DNA from: Deltaproteobacteria bacterium
Lineage (GTDB): Bacteria; Myxococcota_A; Polyangia; Fen-1088
Assembly: GCA_033763315.1 (NCBI GenBank)
Contig: JANRKS010000028.1
Location: forward strand, 154,240 to 218,239
Direction: 5' to 3'
DNA: 64,000 bases
The stretch's first letter is position 1, and every line of letters starts with the position of its first letter. Positions 29,395-39,403 of this stretch are shown piece after piece. A program made the position numbers and the translations under genes. The notes beneath the pieces were generated by a model. The model worked only from the letters and a program-made list of their open reading frames with translations. It made no database searches and was not told the origin of the DNA.

Positions 29395-30332
29395 GACGTG
29401 TCTGCGTTGCGGTGGCTGTAGCGCTTGCGGCGGCGTGCAACGTCACGGCACACAACGATTCCACCACCGGCCCTGCGCCGGTGAGCGCCTACTACGTTGT
29501 AGAACGGGCCACGCGCACGCTCAACGATGAGCCGCGCGATCTGCTGCCGGGCTTCGGCTTCGAGATCACGCAGGTCAAAAAGATCAACGGCGTGAAGGTG
29601 GGTGTCTCGCGCTTGGGGCAGCTGATCCCCCTGTCGGATTTGAAACAGGTCAAGCCATCAACCTTCGAGGGCGTTCACCAGCCAGACCCGCTGCTGCGGC
29701 TGGCCTTCGTGGTACAGCCGCTGGCAGCCATTCGCAGCGCGCCCTCACAAGCGGCGCCTGTGATCTCACGTGCGCGTCGACTTGCGGTGTTAACACTAAA
29801 GACGCACGACGGACCCCTTGGGTATTACCACACGACACAGGGTTGGGTGGCGGCGAACGACGTGCGGGTGCCGCGGTTGTCGCCCCGCCCACCAAACATC
29901 GGCACCAGTGCCAGCGAGGACATCTGGATTGACGTCGACCTTCGAAGCCAAACTTTGGTGGCTTATGCGGCGGAAAGGCCAGTGTTTGCAACGTTGATCT
30001 CAGCCGGCGTGGGCGCGGCCGGCTCCCCATTCGCCACCCCCATGGGGTTGCACCGCATCGTGGCCAAGCTTCGTGCAGCCACAATGGATAACTTGGAACA
30101 CACCAACGTGGTGCCCTACCACTATGAAACCGTGCCGCACACGCAATACATTGGCCGCGTGGCGCTTCATGGCGTGTTCTGGCATGACGACTTCGGGCAC
30201 CCCAAGAGTCATGGCTGCATCAACTTGTCGATGGCGGACGCCGCCTATCTCTTCGATCTCACTCGCCCCAAAGTGTCCCTCGCTAGGAACGAAGGTAACG
30301 GCGCACACGGAACAGTCGTTCAAGTCAGGTAA
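29391..30332 (+). CDS. L,D-transpeptidase family lipoprotein
   Basis: Lipobox AAAC, WIDVDL..QTL, ALHG...SHGCINL; ATGA overlap with pbpC. Confidence 0.88.
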   Translation: MRRVCVAVAVALAAACNVTAHNDSTTGPAPVSAYYVVERATRTLNDEPRDLLPGFGFEITQVKKINGVKVGVSRLGQLIPLSDLKQVKPSTFEGVHQPDPLLRLAFVVQPLAAIRSAPSQAAPVISRARRLAVLTLKTHDGPLGYYHTTQGWVAANDVRVPRLSPRPPNIGTSASEDIWIDVDLRSQTLVAYAAERPVFATLISAGVGAAGSPFATPMGLHRIVAKLRAATMDNLEHTNVVPYHYETVPHTQYIGRVALHGVFWHDDFGHPKSHGCINLSMADAAYLFDLTRPKVSLARNEGNGAHGTVVQVR

Positions 30333-30395
30333 CGCCAGTTTTATGGCGCCGTAGCGAAGCCTTTTTTTTCGAGAAAAGTCTGCCACTATGCACAG

Positions 30396-32201
30396 ATGTC
30401 TTTGCTTAAACGTGTTCTAGGGGTTGCCGCTTGCCTTGGCTTGGTGGTGGCGTGCACAGTAAGCGCAGACGGCATTACTCCGCAGGGCACGCCAGGCAAT
30501 GACGCGTCCGCCATCGAAAACGACAGCGGCGCGGTGGGTACCGGTGGAACAGCGGGAATGGGCAGCGCCACAGGCGGCACCAACGTCGCTGGCACAAGCG
30601 GAACAGGCGGCAGCGCCATGATGCCGTCATCCTGCGCCAGTGGCTCCACAAAGTGCGACGACGGCAACGTCTTGCTGTGTTCACCGAAACGCAGCTGGGA
30701 GATGGTTCAGACGTGCACCTATGTTTGTTCTGAAGGCGCGTGCGCTGGAGATTGCACGCCCGGCGACAAACGCTGCGCAGGGTTCGTCCCGCAATTGTGC
30801 GATACGACGGGTCAGTGGAAGACAGGCCAAGCCTGCGACAAGGTTTGTTTGTCTGGCCGATGCACCGGCGATTGTTCACCTGGATCTCGCCGCTGCCTGA
30901 ACAACGCGACGCAGATTTGCGACGTGACCGGCACATGGAAGGCTGACAAAGCGTGCGCCAATGGCTGCACCAACGGATTGTGTGAAGGTGAGTGCACGGA
31001 AGGCCAAAAGACTTGTAACGGGATGGACGCCCTGGTTTGCGGCTCAGGCCAAGCCTGGACAAAACAAACCACGTGTCCGTTCCTTTGCGACGACGGCATT
31101 TGCGCGGGTCAATGCAAACCAGGCAGCAGAGACTGCGCCGGCAAATCACCTCGCGTATGCAACGCCGCCGGCGTCTGGGTGCAAGAGGCCGCCTGCGAGT
31201 TCGCCTGCAGCGCGGGTGTTTGCAGCGGCGAATGTGTTCCCACGAGCAAGCGGTGCAACGGCCTCAAACCTTCCACATGCAACGCCGAGGGCCGTTGGGT
31301 GGACGCGGCGGCTTGCCCTTTCACGTGCAACGCCGGTGCGTGCGGTGGCACATGTGCGCCCGGCGAAACGCGTTGCGAAGGCAACGCCGCACAGTCTTGC
31401 GGAACGGATGGCAATTTCAAAACCGTTTCAACATGTCCCTTCGTGTGCGTCGACGGTCAATGCCAAGGCGAATGCGTGCCAGGCCAAAAATCGTGCAATG
31501 GCCAAACACCGCGCACCTGCAACAGCGCTGGCGGCTGGCAAAACAGCACAGCTTGCCCGATCCTCTGCAGCGCGGGCGTTTGCACAGGCACCTGCACACC
31601 GGGCACGCGCGAGTGTAATGGCGACACGTCTTCGGTCTGCACGGGCAATGGCTCGTGGCAGGTGGAAGCCACGTGCCCCTTTGTTTGCGCTCAAGGTAAG
31701 TGTGGCGGCTCATGCAAACCAGGAAAGCAGGAGTGCTCGGGCAGCACGCCGCAAACTTGCAACATGGCGGGACAGTGGGAAACCGGCGCGGCCTGTTCCT
31801 TGGCCTGCATCGACGGCAAGTGCGGCGGCAATTGTAAGCCGGGCGAAACGCGTTGTGCGAACGGCAAGGTCGAGACCTGTTCAAGCACAGGCGAGTGGGG
31901 CGCGGGCCAAACCTGTTCGTACCTGTGCCTCGGCAAGGCCTGTGCGGGAGAATGTGTGCCGGGCGACCGCGATTGCAGCGGCAAGACACCGCGGGTGTGC
32001 AGCGAGGCAGGCAAGTGGACCGCGCAAGGCACGTGCGCCGGCGCGTGCAGCAATGGCAGGTGCAGCGAATGCGTGCCTGGTGACTTCGTGTGCAGCCCCA
32101 ACGGCCGGGGGGCCTTGTGTTCCCCGCAAGGCGTCTGGGGTGAAGAGGGCTGCATCGAACCCTGCGGCTACACGAAATCGTGCAAAAAGAAGGACAAGTG
32201 A
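30396..32201 (+). CDS. Lipoprotein composed of 13 six-cysteine ~40-aa repeats
   Basis: Lipobox VVAC, Gly/Thr linker, repeat unit CxPGxxxCxGxxxxxCxxxGxWxxxxxCxxxCxxGxCxGx. Confidence 0.85.
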   Translation: MSLLKRVLGVAACLGLVVACTVSADGITPQGTPGNDASAIENDSGAVGTGGTAGMGSATGGTNVAGTSGTGGSAMMPSSCASGSTKCDDGNVLLCSPKRSWEMVQTCTYVCSEGACAGDCTPGDKRCAGFVPQLCDTTGQWKTGQACDKVCLSGRCTGDCSPGSRRCLNNATQICDVTGTWKADKACANGCTNGLCEGECTEGQKTCNGMDALVCGSGQAWTKQTTCPFLCDDGICAGQCKPGSRDCAGKSPRVCNAAGVWVQEAACEFACSAGVCSGECVPTSKRCNGLKPSTCNAEGRWVDAAACPFTCNAGACGGTCAPGETRCEGNAAQSCGTDGNFKTVSTCPFVCVDGQCQGECVPGQKSCNGQTPRTCNSAGGWQNSTACPILCSAGVCTGTCTPGTRECNGDTSSVCTGNGSWQVEATCPFVCAQGKCGGSCKPGKQECSGSTPQTCNMAGQWETGAACSLACIDGKCGGNCKPGETRCANGKVETCSSTGEWGAGQTCSYLCLGKACAGECVPGDRDCSGKTPRVCSEAGKWTAQGTCAGACSNGRCSECVPGDFVCSPNGRGALCSPQGVWGEEGCIEPCGYTKSCKKKDK

Positions 32202-32266
32202 GGGGGGCTGCCACGGTCGTTGCCGGTGAGGCACACTCCGGCATGGCGGCTGCATAAGGCAGCCGC

Positions 32267-32749
32267 ATGCTGAAGACTGTTTCCGGAGACATCCTGTTAA
32301 GCGGCGCCAAGGCCATCGCCCACGGCATCGCGCCCAATGATCACTTCGCGTCCGGGTTGGCGCTTGCCTTGCGGGAACGATACCCCGCCCTCGCGAAAGA
32401 TTTCCGCCACTGGTTTCATGAGGCTCACCCCAAGACGGGGCAGCTGTGGGCGTGGGCCAGCCCCAACGGCACGCGGATCTATAACTTGCTCACGCAAGAG
32501 CCCGCTCCGGGCGAAAAAGCCCTGCCCGGCAAGGCAAAGATCGAGCACGTGAACCACGCCTTGCGTGCGTTGCGACACGCCATCGAAGAAGAGAAGATCG
32601 CGAGCCTGGCGATCCCTCGCTTGGCCACCGGGCACGGCGGCCTGGACTGGGCCGAAGTTGAACCGTTGGTCCGCCAACATTTGGGGACGTTGAGCATCCC
32701 CGTTTACGTGTATTCAAACTACGTGAAGGGTGAAAGGGCGGCCGAGTAA
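32267..32749 (+). CDS. Stand-alone macro domain protein (TARG1/OARD1-like ADP-ribose processing fold)
   Basis: GDIL, IAHG, GLALAL, YNLLTQ, SLAIPRLATGHGGLDW. Confidence 0.85.
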   Translation: MLKTVSGDILLSGAKAIAHGIAPNDHFASGLALALRERYPALAKDFRHWFHEAHPKTGQLWAWASPNGTRIYNLLTQEPAPGEKALPGKAKIEHVNHALRALRHAIEEEKIASLAIPRLATGHGGLDWAEVEPLVRQHLGTLSIPVYVYSNYVKGERAAE

Positions 32750-32759
32750 CGGGGCATAA

Positions 32760-32788
32760 TTTGCGCCCGCGCTCGCCGCGGGCGCAAA
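32760..32788. repeat. Perfect 12-bp GC-rich inverted repeat (REP-like hairpin)
   Basis: tttgcgcccgcg-ctcgc-cgcgggcgcaaa; no U-tract 3' of the stem on either strand. Confidence 0.6.
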
Positions 32789-32892
32789 AACCGCCGCCGG
32801 TGGCGCCACACACACGTTCGCCCACAGATCACCCCGGCCAGATCGGGCGTCCACCACCGACGACCGGGTGGCGCTCGTAAGCCTTTGCGGCG

Positions 32893-34761
32893 ATGATGGA
32901 GTTTCACGTGGCGAACGAACCGTCTCTCAACGGCACTGAGGTTGGTGGATACCGCCTGGTCACTGAACTGGGCAGTGGCGGCATGGGCACCGTCTATTTT
33001 GGTGAGCACCTGCTCATCGGCAGGCGTGCCGCCATCAAAATTTTGCATCCCGAGTTCGCGCAGGACAGCGACTTGGTGGAGCGCTTCTTGACTGAAGCCC
33101 GCGCCGTCAACGACATCCGCCACCCCAACGTTGTGGAGATCACCGACGTAGGACGCTTTCAAGATCGCCCATACATCGTGATGGAGTTGTTGGAGGGCGA
33201 GACGCTTGGTGAACGTTTAGAGCGTGAAGGCCCTTTAGAAGACGCGCCGGTGGTGCGCATCACACGGCAAATGGCTTCTGCGCTGGGCACCGCACACGAA
33301 CGCGGGATCATTCACCGCGATCTCAAACCCGAGAATATCTTCCTCACGAATCACCCTGATTTTCCCGATCATTTGAAGCTGCTTGATTTTGGCATCGCCA
33401 AACTGATCGGCCCCGCGCGCATTGGCAAGAAGACGCGTGCAGGCGTATTGCTGGGAACGCCAGCCTATATGTCACCTGAGCAGTGCAAAGGCGAAGAGGA
33501 CATCGGCCCAGCCAGCGACATCTATTCGCTTGGCGTCGTGCTTTACGAGATGGTTGTGGGGCGGCCGCCGTTCATGGCAGACAATCTGAACCGCATCATC
33601 ATCGCGCACGCGACGGAAGCGCCAGTGCCAGCCATTGAACGCAACGCAGACGTGCCACCGTGGCTCAACGAACTTATCATGCAGATGTTGGCGAAGGAGC
33701 CCGCGCAGCGGCCGGCCAATATGCGTGAAGTGCGAGAAATGCTTGAGCCGGCGCGGCCGCGCAAACCGACCAAAACCAGCGAGCCCAAGCCGCCCCTTTC
33801 GGTGGAAGAGATCGAGCGGCGTGAAGAGGTGGAGGCCCACGTTGTTGTCGACAAGCTGATTCAGCTGTTGATGAAGCGGCTCGAAGCCGACCGGCTCACC
33901 TTGCCCACGATGCCCGGCATCGCCGCCGAATGTTTGCAAGTGCTGCGGGATCCCGTGCAAACGTTCGCCAGCGTTGCCGATGTGGTGTCACGCGATCCGC
34001 ATTTGGCTTCGCGCGTGCTGAAACTCGCGAACAGCGCGGCGTTTCAGCGCCGCACACCGGCAGCCACGATCGAACAAGCCGTGAGCCGCATTGGCACTGA
34101 AGGACTGACGGCGGCCTTGGTTGAATTTTCGCTGCATGAAGTGTTCGTGTCGCGCAACAACCAGATTCGCTCGGCGTTCAGAGGCATGTGGGAACACTCG
34201 TTGGCGGTGGCCTTGCTTTCGAAAGACATCGCCGCGGCTTACGGGCGCGGTGAGATCGACCCCAACACGGCCTACCTTGGGGGGCTGTTGCATGACGTGG
34301 GCAAACCCGTGGTTGCCTCGTTTTTGCTTGAAGCCGAAAAGATGATGGATCCCGACACGGCCAAGAGTGAATGGCTCACCGAATCGGTTTGGAAAAAAGT
34401 GATCGATCACGCGCATCGTTCTGTGGGGCAAGCGCTGGCTAGACGTTGGGAGCTGGCCGAAGAGGTGTCGCAAGTCATTGCCTCGGTCGATAAGTACACG
34501 ACGGAAAAACCGCGCAGCACGATCAATGTGGTGCGACTCGCAAACGCGCTTGCAAAACGCGAGGGTCTTTACGTCGGCAAACCCAAAGAATCCGAAATCC
34601 ACGATGCGATTGGGGCAGGACGAACACTGCTTGGCTTGACCGACCAAGATCTGGTGCGTGTGTGCAACAACCTTTACGGACGCGTGGGCACGCTGGTCGA
34701 CGGAAATGAGAAGCGCAAGCCGGGCGAGGCCAAGGCGGGCCAGGAAAAGAAGCGTGCTTAG
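32893..34761 (+). CDS. Hanks-type Ser/Thr kinase fused to an HDOD domain
   Basis: GSGGMG, AAIK, HRDLKPEN, DFG, GTPAYMSPE; then LPTMP...DPHLASRVLKLANS...WEHS...LLHDVGK. Confidence 0.9.
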   Translation: MMEFHVANEPSLNGTEVGGYRLVTELGSGGMGTVYFGEHLLIGRRAAIKILHPEFAQDSDLVERFLTEARAVNDIRHPNVVEITDVGRFQDRPYIVMELLEGETLGERLEREGPLEDAPVVRITRQMASALGTAHERGIIHRDLKPENIFLTNHPDFPDHLKLLDFGIAKLIGPARIGKKTRAGVLLGTPAYMSPEQCKGEEDIGPASDIYSLGVVLYEMVVGRPPFMADNLNRIIIAHATEAPVPAIERNADVPPWLNELIMQMLAKEPAQRPANMREVREMLEPARPRKPTKTSEPKPPLSVEEIERREEVEAHVVVDKLIQLLMKRLEADRLTLPTMPGIAAECLQVLRDPVQTFASVADVVSRDPHLASRVLKLANSAAFQRRTPAATIEQAVSRIGTEGLTAALVEFSLHEVFVSRNNQIRSAFRGMWEHSLAVALLSKDIAAAYGRGEIDPNTAYLGGLLHDVGKPVVASFLLEAEKMMDPDTAKSEWLTESVWKKVIDHAHRSVGQALARRWELAEEVSQVIASVDKYTTEKPRSTINVVRLANALAKREGLYVGKPKESEIHDAIGAGRTLLGLTDQDLVRVCNNLYGRVGTLVDGNEKRKPGEAKAGQEKKRA

Positions 34762-34858
34762 CGCGATGCCCTAGAGACCGCGGGGGCCCGCGCACCACCC
34801 ACAGTGGCGGCTTGCGCGCATATGTTCAGTTGCCTGCGGTCGTGTAAGCCAATATGCT

Positions 34859-35614
34859 TTGATTGTTTTGCTATCGGCACGCTGTTCACGCCGACGCTTC
34901 CGCAGGACGTCCCTGCGCGCAGGCTGGCTCCCCACCTTAGGTTTGGTGCTTTTGGGCACCTCGGCCTGTGGCGAAGCCTTGCTGCCTGCGACTTACGAAG
35001 GCCCGGCGGCGGCCGAGGTCAGCGGGGCTGTGGTGAGGAGCACCAACGCGGCGGTGACAGAAGCGGGCGCGCCGCGTTTCTCGCTGGAATGGCTCAACGC
35101 CGCACCGCGGGCCGATGAGTTTCCCCTTCACGGCCAAACGGTCGGATTCGCGAGGTCCGCACAGCTTCAGAAGGATTGGGATCTTGAGTTCGCCGTGCCT
35201 CGGCAGGCCGCGAAAATGACGCTGAACTTCGGCTCTGGCACCGCCACCGTGGCGATCGGCAAACTTGTGTACTTTGACGACAAGAACGGCGACGGCCGCC
35301 TCAATTGGCAGTGCGCGCGCCACGACTGCGATCAAGTCAAAGCTCTGGGCGAAGAGTTCGTGGTGTTTATGGATCAGCCGCTGACGTGCACCACGACCAC
35401 GGCAGAAGGCGTGGAGAAACGCACGCGGCTATCCGCCGGCTTTCACTACTTTCAGTGGGTGGGCTCTAGCGTCAAGGAGGTGAACCGCGACGCGGACCTG
35501 CGCTTCGAGCTTGCCGACACGCCCGCCTCCTGGGTTGACCCCACCAGCAACCTGCAACGTTTCATGCAGCAGTTGCAGCGCAGCTACGGGGCAAACGCCC
35601 TGGGCGGCTGCTGA
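34859..35614 (+). CDS. Hypothetical lipoprotein
   Basis: Hydrophobic stretch plus TSAC lipobox; DKNGDG Ca-binding-like loop. Start uncertain. Confidence 0.65.
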   Translation: MIVLLSARCSRRRFRRTSLRAGWLPTLGLVLLGTSACGEALLPATYEGPAAAEVSGAVVRSTNAAVTEAGAPRFSLEWLNAAPRADEFPLHGQTVGFARSAQLQKDWDLEFAVPRQAAKMTLNFGSGTATVAIGKLVYFDDKNGDGRLNWQCARHDCDQVKALGEEFVVFMDQPLTCTTTTAEGVEKRTRLSAGFHYFQWVGSSVKEVNRDADLRFELADTPASWVDPTSNLQRFMQQLQRSYGANALGGC

Positions 35615-35728
35615 TCAAAGATTTATCCAGGTAATATTAGATACAATTTATTGCCTGGACAATGTAGTCCCCGTCGTTACACTTGACGCATCTTTGGTTC
35701 TCGAAGCTCAGGCGACAGGGAAGAGTTC

Positions 35729-37288
35729 ATGCGCAAAGAGAAGCTTTTGGCGGCGGCAGGTAAGTACCAACAGCGAGGGCAGTGGCCCAAATGCCGCACC
35801 ATGCTGGAGCAAGCCGCTGGAGTTGATCCACAAGACAGCCGCATCTGGCTGGCGCTGGCCGAGGTCAATTGCCGGCTGCAGGCCGTACCCGCCGCCATCG
35901 AAGCCTATGGACGCGCGGCCGAGCTGTTTCGCAAGAACGGCTTCGTGCGCCGGGCGATCGCTGTCTACAAGAACGTTTTATCGCTGGCGCCCGAACGTTT
36001 GCAAACCCGCCTGGATCTAGCCGCCGCGGCCACGGACTTGGGGCTGCTCTCGGACGCCGCACAACAGTACGATTCCATTTCGTCGATGTTGCTTCAGGCA
36101 GGACGTGCCCCCGAGGCGGTGCCCGTGTTGGAGCGCTGGTGGTCGCTGGACCACAGCAATCTCAACGTGCTGTTGCGCCTCGGCGAGGCGTGTTTAGAAG
36201 CGGGTCACGAGGTGGCTGGGCAACACCATCTGTCCGAGGCTGCACAACGGTTAAAGCGTGAAGGTCACCTGAGCGAATACGTGCGCGTGGCCGAGCGCCT
36301 GCTTGCGCGCGACGCGCAGAGCGTTTCGCTACGAAAGTCTTTGGCCCGTGCCTACTTGGACATCGGCCAAGCCGACCACGCGTTGGCCCGGCTGGCCCCG
36401 TGTTGTCATGCGGACACACAAGATGGCGAACTGCTAACGCTGTTGGCCCAGGCGTTTGAGAGCCGCGGACAAATAGACAAAGCCGTGACCGTGCTGCGTG
36501 CGTTGGGTGAGGTGCTGCACGATCAAGGTGCGCTTGCCCAAAGCCTGCAGGCTTATCGCAAGATCCTCCTCTTGAAACCCGAAGACGCTTCCGCCCAAGC
36601 CCGGGTCAACGCGCTGGGCATGGGCTTCTTACCGGAAGACTGGCGCACGCCCACGCGTGACTTGGTTTCAGGGTTGCCCGTGGTGTTTCCGCCGTTGGCC
36701 GAGCAGCCACCCACAGCCACGCCGGCCACACAGGATGAATCGAACACCGAGCCCCTGTTTCTTGCGTTCGGCTTGCCCGGCGCCACACCGGCCGGTAAGA
36801 CCCAAGCGCGCGTTGTGGCGCCCGCCCCTCCTCGCCACGCGCAAATGGTGCATCCGCCCTTTGGCGCCCGTGAGCGCCCACGCAGCGTTCTCAACGACGA
36901 TCCCACGGCCTTGATCCGGCAAGAAGTCTTGGACGCCCAACTGCAACGATGTGATCGGGGAACGCCCGCCGCCGGCGCCGTGTCGCCCCTCCCAGCCAGT
37001 GCTTCGCGACCAGCCGACCTCGCCACGTCCGCGCTCGAAACGGTGGACGAACTCTTGAACGAATGCACTGGTCTTATGGAAGACATGGCAGCGAAATTGA
37101 GCCGTGTTTTGCAGTTGGCGCCTTCGCACGTGGGGGCGCGCGAGCGGCTGGCCTATGTGTTGTTGCAGCTCGGCCGAGCCTCCGAGGCGGTTGAACACCT
37201 GACCTGGTTGTCCGAACGAGGTCGCGTGGCCGAGCCGTCGTGGTCGCCCCGCCGCACTGAACCATCTGCAGTCACGCCGCTTCGCTAG
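35729..37288 (+). CDS. Tetratricopeptide repeat protein
   Basis: Multiple TPR-like helices (RAIAVYKNVLSLAP, QAYRKILLLKPED), Pro-rich linker, C-terminal TPR. Confidence 0.78.
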   Translation: MRKEKLLAAAGKYQQRGQWPKCRTMLEQAAGVDPQDSRIWLALAEVNCRLQAVPAAIEAYGRAAELFRKNGFVRRAIAVYKNVLSLAPERLQTRLDLAAAATDLGLLSDAAQQYDSISSMLLQAGRAPEAVPVLERWWSLDHSNLNVLLRLGEACLEAGHEVAGQHHLSEAAQRLKREGHLSEYVRVAERLLARDAQSVSLRKSLARAYLDIGQADHALARLAPCCHADTQDGELLTLLAQAFESRGQIDKAVTVLRALGEVLHDQGALAQSLQAYRKILLLKPEDASAQARVNALGMGFLPEDWRTPTRDLVSGLPVVFPPLAEQPPTATPATQDESNTEPLFLAFGLPGATPAGKTQARVVAPAPPRHAQMVHPPFGARERPRSVLNDDPTALIRQEVLDAQLQRCDRGTPAAGAVSPLPASASRPADLATSALETVDELLNECTGLMEDMAAKLSRVLQLAPSHVGARERLAYVLLQLGRASEAVEHLTWLSERGRVAEPSWSPRRTEPSAVTPLR

Positions 37289-37374
37289 AGCGGAAAAACG
37301 GCCGCGCCAGGCGCTGAGGCGCACACAAATCGTGCCGCCCTCACGCGGGCCGTGTATGGTTCGCCTCCGTTTTC

Positions 37375-39237
37375 ATGCTCAACGCTAAGCAAGTCCTCGT
37401 CACTATCGGAACCCCTTGTTCTATGTCTGCTGTGGGCAGCACGGAGACCCACCGCGCCCTGGTAAACCGCGATCCGCGCGCCATCGGATTCGCAGCCGCA
37501 GACGCCGGGTTGGCTTTCACTGATCCGCATAGCCCGGCCGCGTCGCCGCGCTTCCTAGATGCCGATGGACAACCGCTGGCGGTGGCCGACATCGAGGCGC
37601 GCTGGGGCGCGGGCTTGCGCGCCAACATGGGCATTCGTCAGATCGGCCGCGAGCGCATGGCGGACCACGTTCAAACCGACATCGCCGCGCCTTTGCCGCA
37701 CGATTTAGAAGCCGCGCAATTACGCAAACTGGCGGGCATTCGTTTCGAGGACATCCGCGGCTCGTCGCTCAAGGACATGTTCGGGCTGTTCGATGATGAC
37801 ATCCGGGTTGGGCCTTCGCTGCAAACGCAGCTGTTCATTTACGCCGGGTTGGGCGCCTTGGCAGCGCTGCCAGCGCCACTGTCGCAGTTGCTGCCCGAGC
37901 CGCATCGCTTTCGCGTCGCAGCCGCCTGCGCGTTTCATGGCGTGGAATCTGTGGCGCATTGGCAGCTCGGCATGCAACCGCGTTCAGAACGCGTGCCAGA
38001 CAAAGCCAGCGATAAGTTCGCTTTCCGATTGGCCGGCGCCTTGGCTTCGCACGGGCCGGGCTTGATCAACGCCATGTTGTCTCCTGCGTTCAACCTGAGC
38101 CGCGTGATGCGCAACCCAGCGCTGCTCGATGAGTTGCGGCAACCGGGCACCGTGCTGCGACGTGTGCCGCAAACGCCCTTAACTTCGATGGGCGCTTGTG
38201 CGAGCGCCACGATCGCTTTGTGTGAGATCGCGCCGCAAATGGTGCTGGATTATCCTGGGCACACGCGCCCGGAGATGGTGCTGTGGACCGGCGCGGATGC
38301 AGCCCTGCGCCCTGATTTCACCGTGCTTGAGGCTTTCGGCGTCGGGGCGATGATGAGCCGTGAAAAGTTGGATGCCGCCAACGCCAACCGCGCCGAGCAT
38401 GAAAAGCGTCTGGTGTCAGAAGCCTTGGCACCCTTCGATGTGGACGCGCAGGGCACCGTCGTGGGCAATGCAGGTTCAGGATTGCTGGTGACAACGCTCG
38501 ACTTCGCGCTCCGCAACTTCTTGGACATCACGTCAGTGATCGTCGGTTGGGGACAAAGCGGCGAGACCGGCGGCAAGGGTCACTTCGCCGGCGTTGGCTT
38601 CGGCGGCGAGAACGCGCTCATCACATCTTTGCAGATGGCACACGATGGCCACGGCTACGGCGTGCAAGATTTCGGGCACTTGGTGGCGCACGCCACGGGC
38701 ACGCGCACCAATTCCAAAACCGATCTTTCCACCACTCACACCGCACGCGTCGCGGCCGCTGAAGCGCAAGGATGGAAAGGCCGCTTGCCCGACATGACCG
38801 TGGGCGCACCCAAGGCGATCGGTGATGGCCACTCCATGGGTGAAACGGGGTTGAAGGCCGCAGGCGAGGCGATTCAATACGTGCTCGGAAACACTACCGT
38901 GGGCATCCCCACGTTGCGGCGGCCCGATCCAGATCTCGGAGAGCCCGCGGCGTTCTTCAAACTTTCGGCAGATCCTGTGCCTGGCAACGCCGATGGTGGC
39001 GTGCTTTCCGCCACGCAAGGCTTCGGTGGATACGACGGCGCGATGGCCATGCGCGCGGCCACGCCAGAAGCCCTCGGCCGATACACGTTCGATGATCGCA
39101 AAGTGTTAGACGCGTACCTCGAACGTTGGGAAACCGTAAGGCGCGAGCGCGTGGAACGTGAAGCACAAACACGTCGCACGTTGGCCTTCCCGCGTTTGAT
39201 GGCTGAATTGCACCGTTGGCCCGGCGCCCAAGGTTAG
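37375..39237 (+). CDS. Long beta-ketoacyl synthase (FabY-like size and motifs)
   Basis: Catalytic Cys in MGACASA, APFD, His in AHATGT, His in GDGHSMG, QGFGG; 620 aa. Confidence 0.75.
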   Translation: MLNAKQVLVTIGTPCSMSAVGSTETHRALVNRDPRAIGFAAADAGLAFTDPHSPAASPRFLDADGQPLAVADIEARWGAGLRANMGIRQIGRERMADHVQTDIAAPLPHDLEAAQLRKLAGIRFEDIRGSSLKDMFGLFDDDIRVGPSLQTQLFIYAGLGALAALPAPLSQLLPEPHRFRVAAACAFHGVESVAHWQLGMQPRSERVPDKASDKFAFRLAGALASHGPGLINAMLSPAFNLSRVMRNPALLDELRQPGTVLRRVPQTPLTSMGACASATIALCEIAPQMVLDYPGHTRPEMVLWTGADAALRPDFTVLEAFGVGAMMSREKLDAANANRAEHEKRLVSEALAPFDVDAQGTVVGNAGSGLLVTTLDFALRNFLDITSVIVGWGQSGETGGKGHFAGVGFGGENALITSLQMAHDGHGYGVQDFGHLVAHATGTRTNSKTDLSTTHTARVAAAEAQGWKGRLPDMTVGAPKAIGDGHSMGETGLKAAGEAIQYVLGNTTVGIPTLRRPDPDLGEPAAFFKLSADPVPGNADGGVLSATQGFGGYDGAMAMRAATPEALGRYTFDDRKVLDAYLERWETVRRERVEREAQTRRTLAFPRLMAELHRWPGAQG

Positions 39238-39403
39238 TAGCAGCTCATCGAACGCCTCTGGCCCGGCGCCCACAACACGACAACATTGTCGCGGTTCTTT
39301 TGAAAGGCATGCCACCAATCACAGCCTTGCTACTGGACGCGCTTGAGAAGGCATTGATGCAAACAAGAGCACGGAACTTGCATAATTGGGCAAGGCGGTG
39401 CTC

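Noticed and set aside
30961-32337. Alternative-frame ORFs of 422 and 306 aa over the Cys-repeat gene
   Set aside because: By-products of the repetitive TGC-rich coding frame.
32267-32749. DarTG toxin-antitoxin system
   Set aside because: No DarT-like gene adjacent, and no DarG C-terminal domain.
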